The position numbers and the translations under genes were made by a program. From Macrostomum lignano (taxonomy: Eukaryota), in contig NIVC01001920.1 of assembly GCA_002269645.1 (NCBI GenBank), positions 1,203-65,202 of the forward strand: a DNA stretch of 64,000 nt, read 5' to 3'. The stretch's first letter is position 1; each line of letters begins with the position of its first letter. The notes beneath the pieces are model-generated. The model made no database searches, had not been told where the DNA came from, and worked only from the letters and a program-made list of their open reading frames with translations. Positions 30,796 through 42,700 of the stretch are shown here, piece after piece.

Positions 30796-33700
30796 ATGTC
30801 GCATGAGTACGACTTAGTTTGGGAGCCGCAGGACACGGCGCCGCCTTCCGGTCACGGCGCCAACATGGACTGCTTTGGCGGCGCCAGCGCTGGTGGAAAC
30901 GGCGGCGGCGGCGGCGTCGGCAGCAGCGGCGTCGGTGGCAGCGGCGGCGGTCCAGAGGACGGCATGGGCGGCATTGACCCGGAGTCCGGGCACAAGCACA
31001 GCTTCATTAAGAGAACTTTCCACCGGCCAACCTACTGCCATCACTGCGCCGAGATGCTCTGGGGCCTGCTGTCCCAGGGCTTCACCTGCAGCCTGTGCTC
31101 CTTCACCGTTCACGATCGCTGCCTGAAATCCGTGCTGTCACCGTGTACCTGCATAGCGCCTAATATGGTGCTACGGCCAGTCTCTCATTGTTGGAGCGAA
31201 CCGGCGCATTTTAAACGCAAATTTTGCAACGTCTGTCGCAAACGTTTGGACTATTATCCTGCGGTGCGGTGCGAGAGTGAGTCACCCAGATAAATAAAAT
31301 AACCCCGAATCCGCGTATATTTGAGCATCGAATTTTTCAGTGGGTCTCTTCTTCCCTTCAGATCCTTCAGTGGGTCTCTTTTTCCCTTCAGATCCTTCAG
31401 TGGGTGTCCTCTACCCTTCAGATCCTTCAGAGGGTCTCCTCTGCCCTTCAATCCTCCAGTGGGTGGCCTCTGCCCTTCAATCCTTCAGCGGGTGTCCACG
31501 GACTACTTAAGTAGAAGGACGCGACACGCGCGAAACGTGCAAATTTTATTGGAGGCCTGAATATTCAATTTTATGTAGCCAGACTCCGGAAACTCGCCGA
31601 AGTGTAGTTTTTTCACAGGATGCACATAACTTACTGGTAGTCCTTGTTGGTGTGAGATATGTAATGTATGATTAAAACGATGCAGAAACCTTAGAAATTA
31701 GTTTCAAGCGACGAGAACTAGCTTTTGTCTGGTGAGTTTCGAAGTGCGACACTATGGCATAAAATATGGCTGTTTACTTTTATATAGCACCTACTTTAAA
31801 CGATGCTTCAGTATTACCCCGTTGATTGTCTCTGTGGAGCGAACCTTTAACCTGGGCATACGAAAAACATATCGCAGACGTACAGGTATAGATACCACTG
31901 GTTCTGTACCCATCGCATCGGATAAAAAGAGTCAAAAGACGAAATAAGACAAAGATTTAGAGAATAATAATTTTAAGTCTAAGTATTCAATTATGTTCTT
32001 TTGATATCATTTTATTATTATAGGCTTTTATCAAAATTAAGTAGTCCGTGCGGGTGTCCTCTGCCCTTCAATCCTTCAGTGGGTGTCCTCTGCCCTTCAA
32101 TCCTTCAGTGGGTGTCCTCTGCCCTTCAATCCTTCAGTGGGTGTCCTCTGCCCTTCAATCCTTCAGTGGGTGTCCTCTGCCCTTCAATCCTTCAGTGAGT
32201 GGCCTCTGCCCTTCAATCCTTCAGTGGGTGTCCTCTGCCCTTCAATCCTTCAGTGGGTGTCCTCTGCCCTTCAATCCTTCAGTGGGTGGCCTCTGCTCTT
32301 CAATCCTTCAGTGGGTGTCCTCTGCCCTTCAATCCTTCAGTGGGTGCCCTCTGCCCTTCAATCCTTCAGTGGGTGTCCTCTGCCCTTCAATCCTTCAGTG
32401 GGTGTCCTCTGCCCTTCAATCCTTCAGTGGGTGTCCTCTGCCCTTCAATCCTTCAGTGGGAGGCTCTAAAAACAGGAAAATCAAGTTTTATTCCCCCTTC
32501 ACCCGCCGCACCTGTAACCATTGGCAGTTTGCGAGTACTATTGCCACCTGGAGTGCCAGGATTTTGTCACAAACGACTGCAAAGAGTGCGCCACGTACGG
32601 CCCGGAGAGTCAGCAGGTAAACTCATGCACTTGCTCTAATGAGTCAATACAATCTTTAGGTTACACTACCTGTGAGTCCGTATCTCTGCAATCATCGTCT
32701 GTATTTCACGTTTTAAGACGTACCACTCGGCCAATATTTATAGGGTCAATTTTAGTGGCACAAATTCCAGGTGTGAATTGGATAGTTTTCACGATGTCTG
32801 GCTTTTTTTCCAGCTGGGCCCAGCGCATCACTGGCGGGAGGGCAACCTGCCCGGCAACTCCAAGTGCGCCGTCTGCAAGCGCACCTGCTGGAGCTCTGAG
32901 TGCCTCAGCGGCTACCGCTGCGAATGGTGCGGCCTCACCGCTCACGCCGGCTGCCATCGGGCCCTGCCGGCTGAGTGCAGCTTCGGCATCCTTGGCGAAA
33001 TTGTGCTGCGGCCAAGTGCGGTCACCTTGCCCAGGACGGACATTCCGCTGGACAAGATTTACGGGCTCCAGCGCAGAAATACCTGTGAGTCCTGCACTGG
33101 CTTTTGTGACGCAATCATCCCTTCCCATTCTCCCCAGTGTCTTTCCCATTCTCCCCAGTGTCTTTCCTATTCTCCCCAGTGTCTTCCCCATTCTCCCCAG
33201 AGTCTTTCCCATTATCCCCAGTATCTTCCCATTATCCCCAGTGTCTTCCCCATTCTCCCCAGAGTCTTTCCCATTATCCCCAGTATCTTCCCATTCTCCC
33301 CAGAGTCTTTCCCATTATCCCCAGTATCTTCCCATTCTCCCCAGAGTCTTTCTTATTATCCCCAGTATCTTCCCATTCTCCCCAGAGTCTTTCCCATTAT
33401 CCCCAGTATCTTCCCATTCTCCCCAGAGTCTTTCTTATTATCCCCAGTATCTTCCCATTCTCCCAGAGTCTTCCCATTATCCCCAGTGTCTGCCCATTCT
33501 CCCCAGAGTCTTTCCCATTATCCCCAGTATCTTCCCATTCTCCCCAGAGTCTTTCTTATTATCCCCAGTATCTTCCCATTCTCCCAGAGTCTTCCCATTA
33601 TCCCCAGTGTCTTCCCATTCTCCCCAGAGTCTTTCCCATTATCCCCAGTATCTTCCCATTCTCCCAGAGTCTTCCCATTATCCCCAGTGTCTTCCCATTC

Positions 33701-36700
33701 TCCCCAGTGTCTTTCCTATTCTCCCCAGTTTCTTCCCCATTCTCCCCAGAGTCTTTCCCATTATCCCCAGTATCTTCCCATTCTCCCCAGAGTCTTCCAA
33801 TTATCCCCAGTGTCTTCCCATTCTCCCCAGAGTCTTTCTTTTTATCCCCAGTATCTTCCCATTCTCCCAGAGTCTTCCCATTATCCCCAGTATCTTCCCA
33901 TTCTCCCAGAGTCTTCCCATTATCCCCAGTGTCTTCCCATTCTCCCCAGAGTCTTTCCAATTATCCCCAGAGCCTTTCCTATTCTCTCCAGAGTCTTCTC
34001 ATTTTCCCCAGTATCTTTCCTATTCTCCCTAATTTCTTCCCATTCCCTTCAGTATCTTTTAATTCTTTATGGAAGAATATGTAATATGTATTCTTCCCAT
34101 AAGATATTTAAAAATTAGATTGTCCTCTGCAACGCTGTTTAATTTGAGCTACTGATTGTTAGTATTGCTAATTGGTATTGATGATTTCCAAAGCTATTAT
34201 ACGAGTATTGTAATTATTGTACGGATGTTCGTTTATGTATTATGCCGCGAGTGGTGGAGTCGGAAGTATCTTGTACATAAAGATCGGTGGTTTTGTGCCT
34301 GAGAGACTTGATTTTGGCACCTCTGAAACTCATTTTGGCGCTTCTTAGACTCATTTTGGCGCCTCTGAGACTCATTTGGCGCCTCTGAGACTCATTTTGG
34401 CGCCTCTGAGACTCATTTTGGCGCCTCTGAGACTCATTTTGGCGCCTCTGAGACTCATTTTGGCGCCTCTGAGACTCATTTTGCCGCCTCTGAGACTCAT
34501 TTTGGCGCCTCTGAGACTCATTTGGCGCCTCTGAGACTCATTTTGGCGCCTCTGAGACTCATTTTGGCGCCTCTGAGACTCATTTTGGTGCCTCTGAGAC
34601 TCGTTTTGGCGCCTCTGAGACTCATTTTGGCGCCTCTAAGACTCATTTTGGCGCATCTGACACTCATTTTGGCGCCTCTGAGACTCATTTTGGCGCCTCT
34701 GATAGCCATTTAAGAGCCCGAAGAAGATTTGTCTTCCTTATATCCCTAATGCCAACTAAAAGATCCCCATCTTCAATGATCGAGATGGAGAAATGGAGCT
34801 AACTAAAGTACATTGTGCTTGGCGCCAATGGTGCTTGCATTGCCGTAACCCAATTAGTCATTGATGATTATGTAGTGCATTGCTCATGCACCAGCTGCTG
34901 GACAGTGTCTCTTGACTGACAGGCCTTGGTTATAGAAATTTCATATTTCCTTTTTAACCAATCTCTCTAGTTGATAAACTTAATTTGTATGTACACTAGC
35001 TGCACACCTATTTTTGCTTAATCTGTTCAATATTTTGTTCACCCTATAATTTTTTATTGCAGCCGCTCTGCCGGGTAATATTCGATTCTATTTAGCGTTA
35101 CTGACTTCCGTTTAATTTCAATACCGGTTGAATTCGTCACATAACTGTTGTTCTGTTGCGGACTGACGACCACATTGCCTTTTTTGTCTCTTCTTTTTAA
35201 TTGTGTGTTCGTACTGCTGTTCATCTGCACTTTTTTAAAAAACATTCGCCTGGACTAGCGGATTGTTCAGCTGGAATTAGCAGCTGACTCGCGCCCTGCG
35301 ACCCTTCACAGCTGATTCACCTGGATTAGCAAGTGATTCACCTGGATTAGCAAGTGATTCACCTGGATTAGCAAGTGATTCACCTGGATTAGCAAGTGAT
35401 TCACCTGGATTAGCAAGTGATTCACCTGGATTAGCAAGTGATTCACCTGGATTAGCAAGTGATTCACCTGGATTAGCAAGTGATTCACCTGGATTAGCAA
35501 GTGATTCACCTGGATTAGCAAGTGATTCACCTGGATTAGCAAGTGATTCACCTGGATTAGCAAGTGATTCACCTGGATTAGCAAGTGATTCACCTGGATT
35601 AGCAAGTGATTCACCTGGATTAGCAAGTGATTCACCTGGATTAGCAAGTGATTCACCTGGATTAGCAAGTGATTCACCTGGATTAGCAAGTGATTTACAT
35701 GGATTAGCAATTGATTCAACTGGATTAGCAATTGATTCACCTGAATTAGCAAGTGATTCACCTGGATTAGCAAGTGATTCACCTGGATTAGCAAGTGATT
35801 CACCTGGATTAGCAAGTGATTCACCTGGATTAGCAAGTGATTCACCTGGATTAGCAAGTGATTCACCTGGATTAGCAAGTGATTCACCTGGATTAGCAAG
35901 TGATTCACCTGGATTAGCAAGTGATTCAACTGGATTAGGAATTGACTCACCTGGATTAGCAAGTGATTGTAATATAATTGAATAAATGGATTTAATTAAT
36001 CAACAAGATTAACTTCTACAGCTATGCTCAATTTCTTTTTCTTTATCCATGTTTATTCGCTCCCGTCTCTCTAATCCTCCTCTTCTGACGCACCATTATA
36101 TGCATAGAAATCTAGCTTGACTGTTGTTCGCGTGTCCTTAAACTACAAATTTGTATCGCTTTTCATTCACCATGAAGGTTGGCATCATCTCTATCTGAAC
36201 TGTCTGCCTTTTACTACGGAAATGTTTACTGTCCAGAAGTTTCACCGTCAATGACTAATTAGATTTGAAAGAATCCGAGCCTCCGAGCAAAAGACAGAGA
36301 CAGGCCTCTCTTAGAAATTGCTAGCAAGTGTTTAGTGTGCGTTTTTATAAGTGTCGCTGACTGTGGAAAACTTCCGGAAATGCGCAAGCGCTAAAGGGCG
36401 CCTGTGTGTGGTCTTTACTGGCAGCTCACGTTTCTTATTAAATAATGTCGCTTTTAGAAGCAGACTGGATTCAGAGGCAGATTTTTGGAAGAAGAGGCAG
36501 ATTCTTGAAAAAATAGGCAGATTCTTTGAAGAAGAGGCAGATTCTTGAAAAAAAGGAAGCATATTTGATGGATTTTAAGTGACAGATTTGAGAAGAGAGA
36601 GAACAGTGGCAGATTTGAGAAGAAGACAGCAGCGGCAGATTTGAGAAGAGAACAGTAGCAGATTTGAGTAGAAGAGAGCAGTGGCAGATTTGAGTAGAAG

Positions 36701-39700
36701 AGAGCAGTGGCAGATTTGAGAAGAGAGCAGTGGCAGATTTGAGAAGACAGCAGTGGCAGATTTGAGAAGACAGCAGTGGCAGATTTGAGAAGAGAGAGAA
36801 CAGTGGCAGATTTGAGAAGAGGAGAGCAGTGGCAGAGTTGAGAAGAGAGAGAGCAGTGGCAGATTTGAGAAGAGAGCAGTGGCAGATTTGAGAAGACAGC
36901 AGTGGCAGATTTGAGAAGACAGCAGTGGCAGATTTGAGAAGAGAGAGAGCAGTGCCAGATTTGAGAAGAGGAGAGCAGTGGCAGAGTTGAGAAGAAAAGA
37001 GCAGTGGCAGATTTGAGAAGAGAGCAGTGACAGATTTGAGAAGAGAGAGAGCAGTGGCAGATTTGAGAGGAGAGCAGTGACAGATTTGAGAAGAGAGCAG
37101 TGACAGATTTGAGAAGAGAGCAGTGGCAGATTTGAGAGGAGAGCAGTGACAGATTTGATAAGAGAGAGAGCAGTGGCAGATTTGAGAAGAGAGCAGTGAC
37201 AGATTTGATAAGAGAGAGAGCAGTGACAGATTTGAGAAGAGAGAGAGCAGTGACAGATTTGAGAAGAGAGAGAGCAGTGGCAGATTTGAGAAGAGAGAGA
37301 GCAGTGGCAGATTTGATAAGAGAGCAGTGGCAGATTTGATAAGAGAGCAGTGGCAGATTTGAGAAGAGAGCAGTGACAGATTTGAGAAGAGAGCAGTGGT
37401 AGATTTGAGTAGAAGAGAGCAGTGGCAGATTTGAGTAGAAGAGAGCAGTGGCAGATTTGAGTAGAAGAGAGCAGTGGTAGATTTGAGTAGAAGAGAGCAG
37501 TGGCAGATTTGAGTAGAAGAGAGCAGTGGCAGATTTGAGTAGAAGAGAGCAGTGGCAGATTTGAGAAGACAGCAGTGGCAGATTTGAGAAGACAGCAGTG
37601 GCAGATTTGAGAAGAGAGCAGTGGCAGATTTGAGAAGAGAGAGAACAGTGGCAGATTTGAGAAGAAGACAGCAGCGGCAGATTTGAGAAGAAGACAGCAG
37701 CGGCAGATTTGAGAAGAGAGCAGTGGCAGATTTGAGAAGAAGACAGCAGCGGCAGATTTGAGAAGAAGACAGCAGCGGCAGATTTGAGAAGAGAGAGAAC
37801 AGTGGCAGATTTGAGTAGAAGACAGCAGCGGCAGATTTGAGAAGAAGACAGCAGCGGCAGATTTGAGAAGAGAGCAGTGGCAGATTTGAGAAGAGAGCAG
37901 TGGCAGATTTGAGAAGAGAGAGAACAGTGGCAGATTTGAGAAGAAGACAGCAGCGGCAGATTTGAGAAGAGAACAGTGGCAGATTTGAGTAGAAGAGAGC
38001 AGTGGCAGATTTGAGTAGAAGAGAGCAGTGGCAGATTTGAGTAGAAGAGAGCAGTGGCAGATTTGAGTAGAAGAGAGCAGTGGCAGATTTGAGTAGAAGA
38101 GAGCAGTGGCAGATTTGAGTAGAAGAGAGCAGTGGCAGATTTGAGAAGACAGCAGTGGCAGATTTGAGAAGAGAGAGAACAGTGGCAGATTTGAGAAGAG
38201 GAGAGCAGTGGCAGAGTTGAGAAGAAAAGAGCAGTGGCAGATTTGAGAGAGAGCAGTGACAGATTTGAGAAGAGAGCAGTGACAGATTTGATAAGAGAGA
38301 GAGCAGTGACAGATTTGAGAAGAGAGCAGTGACAGATTTGATAAGAGAGAGAGCAGTGACAGATTTGAGAGAGAGCAGTGACAGATTTGAGAAGAGAGCA
38401 GTGACAGATTTGATAAGAGAGAGAGCAGTGACAGATTTGAGAAGAGAGCAGTGACAGATTTGATAAGAGAGAGAGCAGTGACAGATTTGAGAAGAGAGCA
38501 GTGACAGATTTGAGAAGAGAGCAGTGACAGATTTGAGAAGAGAGAGAGCAGTGGCAGATTTTGAAACAAAATGAGACAAGAAATCGGCGGATTCACTGAA
38601 ATAGCTCGTAATTTGCAACAAAACACTGGAGTAGCAACATGAAATATTGTTCACTCTCAGCCTTTGCCGTTGTTTCTCAGCAATTGCACCACAGTTCGGC
38701 CCTATGGCTGTGCCATAGAATGTCTATTTTGGATAATTTTCACAGCCACCAACTCCCCCCCCCCGCTGCGCAGCCCGCACCATCAGCGAGGACTGGTCCA
38801 GCAGCGGCGGCGATTCAACGCGGGATGAAGCGGCGGCGGTTGCCAACCAGGCCAGCGGCTACCAGGACCGTCGCAGTCCCAAGGATCGCCAGGAGGTCAA
38901 CGAGGACCTGGTGAAGATCTACGACGGCAACGGGGCGGCGCAGCGCAAGCAGTACCGGATTGTGTCCATACAGCGGGGCACCACTCTCGCCCAGCTGACG
39001 GAGTGCGCCCTGAGAGTCTACCACGTCCTGGATGATGCCCGACTGTACACCCTGGTCGAGCTGAACGAACGCGACGGATCCGAGCGTCGGCTGGACGAAT
39101 CCGCGCCGTTGAAGCAGCAGTTCCGATTCGATAGCCGGCGCCCGGCTGTTGTACTGCGTTACAGGGAGAAGGACGCTAATAGGGCCTCCATCCGGGTGTA
39201 CCCCACCGGCCTGCAGTACTTTGCCAGAGTGCCCACCAACTTCAAGTGAGTTGGATCCCCGTCTGAATTCCGATCCTGTATTCATGATCCTTGAATCCAT
39301 GATCCCTGAATCCCTAATCCCGAATCCCTGATCCTTGAATCCCTGATTCCGATTCCCTGATCTTGAATCCCTGATCCTTGAATCCCTGATTCCGATTCCC
39401 TGATCTTGAATCCCTGATCCTTGAATCCCTGATCCAGAGTCCCTGATCCTAAACCCCTGATCTTTGAGTCCCTAATCCCGAGTCCCTGATCCTGAACACC
39501 TGATCCTTAAATCCCTGATCCCAAATCACAGATCCTGAATCCCTGATCCTGAACCCCTGATCCTGAATCCCTGATCCTGAATCCCTGATCCCGAATCCCT
39601 GATCCTGAATCCCTAATCCTGAACCCCTGATCCTTGTATCCCTGATCCTGAATCTCTGATCCTTGAATTCCTGATACTGAATCCCTGATTCTTGAATCCC

Positions 39701-42700
39701 TGATCCTTGAATCCCTGATCCTTGAATCCCTGATTCTTGAATCCCTGATCCTTGAATCCCTGATCCTTGAATCCCTGATCCCAAATCCCTGATCCTTGAA
39801 TCCCTGGTCCTTGAATCCCTGATCCTTGAATCCCTGATCCTTGAATCCCTGATCCCAAATCCCTGATCCTTGAATTCCTGATACTGAATCCCTGATTCTT
39901 GAATCCCTAATCCTTGAATCCCTGATCCTTGAATCCCTGATTCTTGAATCCCTGATCCTTGAATCCCTGATCCTTGAATCCCTGATCCTTGAATCCCTGA
40001 TCCTTGAATCCCTGATCCTTGAATCCCTGATCCCGAATCCCTGATCCTTGAATCCCTGGTCCTTGAATCCCTGATCCTTGAATCCCTGATCCTTGAATCC
40101 CTGATCCTTGAATCCCTGATCCCAAATCCCTGATCCTTGAATCCCTGGTCCTTGAATCCCTGATCCTTGAATCCCTGATCCTTGAATCCCTGATCCCAAA
40201 TCCCTGATCCTTGAATTCCTGATACTGAATCCCTGATTCTTGAATCCCTAATCCTTGAATCCCTGATCCTTGAATCCCTGATTCTTGAATCCCTGATCCT
40301 TGAATCCCTGATTCTTGAATCCCTGATTCTTGAATCCCTGATTCTTGAATCCCTGATCCTTGAATCCCTGATCCTTGAATCCCTGATCCTTGAATCCCTG
40401 ATCCTTGAATCCCTGATCCTTGAATCCCTGATCCCGAATCCCTGACTCTTGAATCCCTGGTCCTGAATCCCGCTTTTAATTCCCAGTTCTAAATCCCGAT
40501 TTTTAATCCCGAATGTTAATCTTCTCCGTGCGAGGCTTGTGTAACCCTATTTTAATATTCTACAAATCTTTAAGAAAACGGCTTTGTTTCCTTGGCAAAG
40601 TTCTACTTGTGCGGACCTTAAGCTACGAAGATATTCATTCGCCGTACCACCCTCCAAGTCCCAGCGAGATTTAGCGCTGTCGAAATGATGATGAAGAAGG
40701 GGACGGGTGCAAAGTCTAGGGGAGAGCGGTTCGTTTCACACTTGACTGCGCCGCTTTGCCTTGAAGCTGGAGTTGGTTGCGATGAATGATCTCCCTGCCA
40801 CTGCTGGGGACGGGGGAACTAAAAATAACTTTTTATACATAATATTTGTCTCCATGGATGACTGACGACTACACAGAAATGATGCACTTTGCTTGTTCCT
40901 CTAGCTGCTTATCGGGTGGGAGAGTTTTTTTTGGTTGGGAACTATAATAAATACGGCGTGACGGCTCCCTGAGACATCAGAACTGCTTGAAAGGCTCACC
41001 ACGACGCAAGAGATGGCGTGACCGGGCTCACTAATGACACCAAAAATAGTGTGACGAGCTCCTTAGGAACACAAAAAATTGGGTGACGGGCTCCCTAAGG
41101 ACACCAAAAATAGCGTGACGAGCTCCCTAAGGACACCAAAAATAGCGTGACGAGCTCCCTAAGGACACCAAAAATAGTGTGACGAGCTCCTTAGGAACAC
41201 AAAAAATTGGGTGACGGGCTCCCTAAGGACACCAAAAATAGTGTGACGGGCTCCCTAAGGACACCAAAAAAAGCGTGACGAGCTCCCTAAGGACACCAAA
41301 AATAGTGTGACGAGCTCCCTAAGGACACCAAAAATAGTGTGAAAAACTCTCTAAGGACACGTGACGGGCTCCCTAAGGACACCAAAAATAGTGTGACGGG
41401 CTCCCTAAGGACACCAAAAATAGTGTGACGAGCTCCCTAAGGACACCAAAAATAGTGTGACGAGCTCCCTAAGGACACCAAAAATAATGTGAAAAACTCT
41501 CTAAGGACACCAAAAATAGTGTGACGGGCTCCCTAAGGACACCAAAAATAGTGTGACGAGCTCCCTAAGGACACCAAAAATAGTGTGAAAAACTCTCTAA
41601 GGACACGTGACGGGCTCCCTAAGGACACCAAAAATAGTGTGACGAGCTCAGGACACCAGAAATGGCTTAAGTGTATCTAAGGAACCTGATGTCCCCGTGT
41701 GCTTCATCTCATTGTATTTCTATTTTCTTAAAAGTACCAACCTGAACCCTACCTGAAAAGCAGATACGTGACGGTAACCAAGGAGACCACAGCCCAGGAG
41801 ACCATAGTCTACGCATTGAAAAAGTTCGGCGTGGAACAGCTGGACGCTAGCCAGTTGGACCTGGTTGAAGTCAGCTTGGACAAGCAGGTGTCCGAGCGGA
41901 CTCTGGCCAGAGACGAGAAACCGCTGCAGCTGTTGCACTCGGTCAGGCGGGAATCAGTGCGCCAGTACATGCTGACCAGGTTCTACATGCAGCCGGTCAT
42001 TGATCCGCGCTATACGGGACTGGCGCTGTACGTTGGCAATCTGAAGACCGGCATGTCGCAACGGGTGTATGAGAAGATACTGATGGAGAAACTGGGCTCC
42101 GGTGAGCCGCGGGATAATGGGATGGGAGTGGGATATTGGGATAATGGGAGTGGGATATTGGGATAATGGGAGTGGGATATTGGGATAATGGGAGTGGGAT
42201 ATTAGGATAATGGGAGTGGGATATTGCATATTGTGATTAGTGGGAGTGGGATAATGGATAATAGGAGTGGGATATTGGGATAATAAGAGTGGGATATTGG
42301 GATAATAGGAGTGGGATATCGGGATAATAGGAGTGGGATATTGGGATAGTGGGAGTGAGATATTGGGATAGTGGGAGTGAGATATTGGGATAGTGGGAGT
42401 GAGATAATGGGAGGGGGATAATGGGATAATAGGAGTGGGATATTGGGATAATAGGAGTGGGATATTGGGATAGTGGAAGTGGGATATTGGGATGGTGGGA
42501 GTGAGATATTGGGATAGTGGGAGTGGGATATTGGGATATGGGAGTGGGATATTGGGATAATGGGAGTGGGATATTGAGATAATGGGAGTGGGATATTGGG
42601 ATAATGGGAGTGGGATATTGGGATAATGGGAGTGAGATATTGGGATAGTGGGAGTGAGATATTGGGATAATGAGAGTGGGATATTGGGATTATGGGAGTG

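Noticed and set aside
38746-38773. Apparent frameshift at the start of DGKQ exon 4 in a C10 run
   Set aside because: It arises only if the AG at 38744-38745 is used. The AG at 38772-38773 gives the right phase (SRTISEDWSS), with the C run serving as the polypyrimidine tract.
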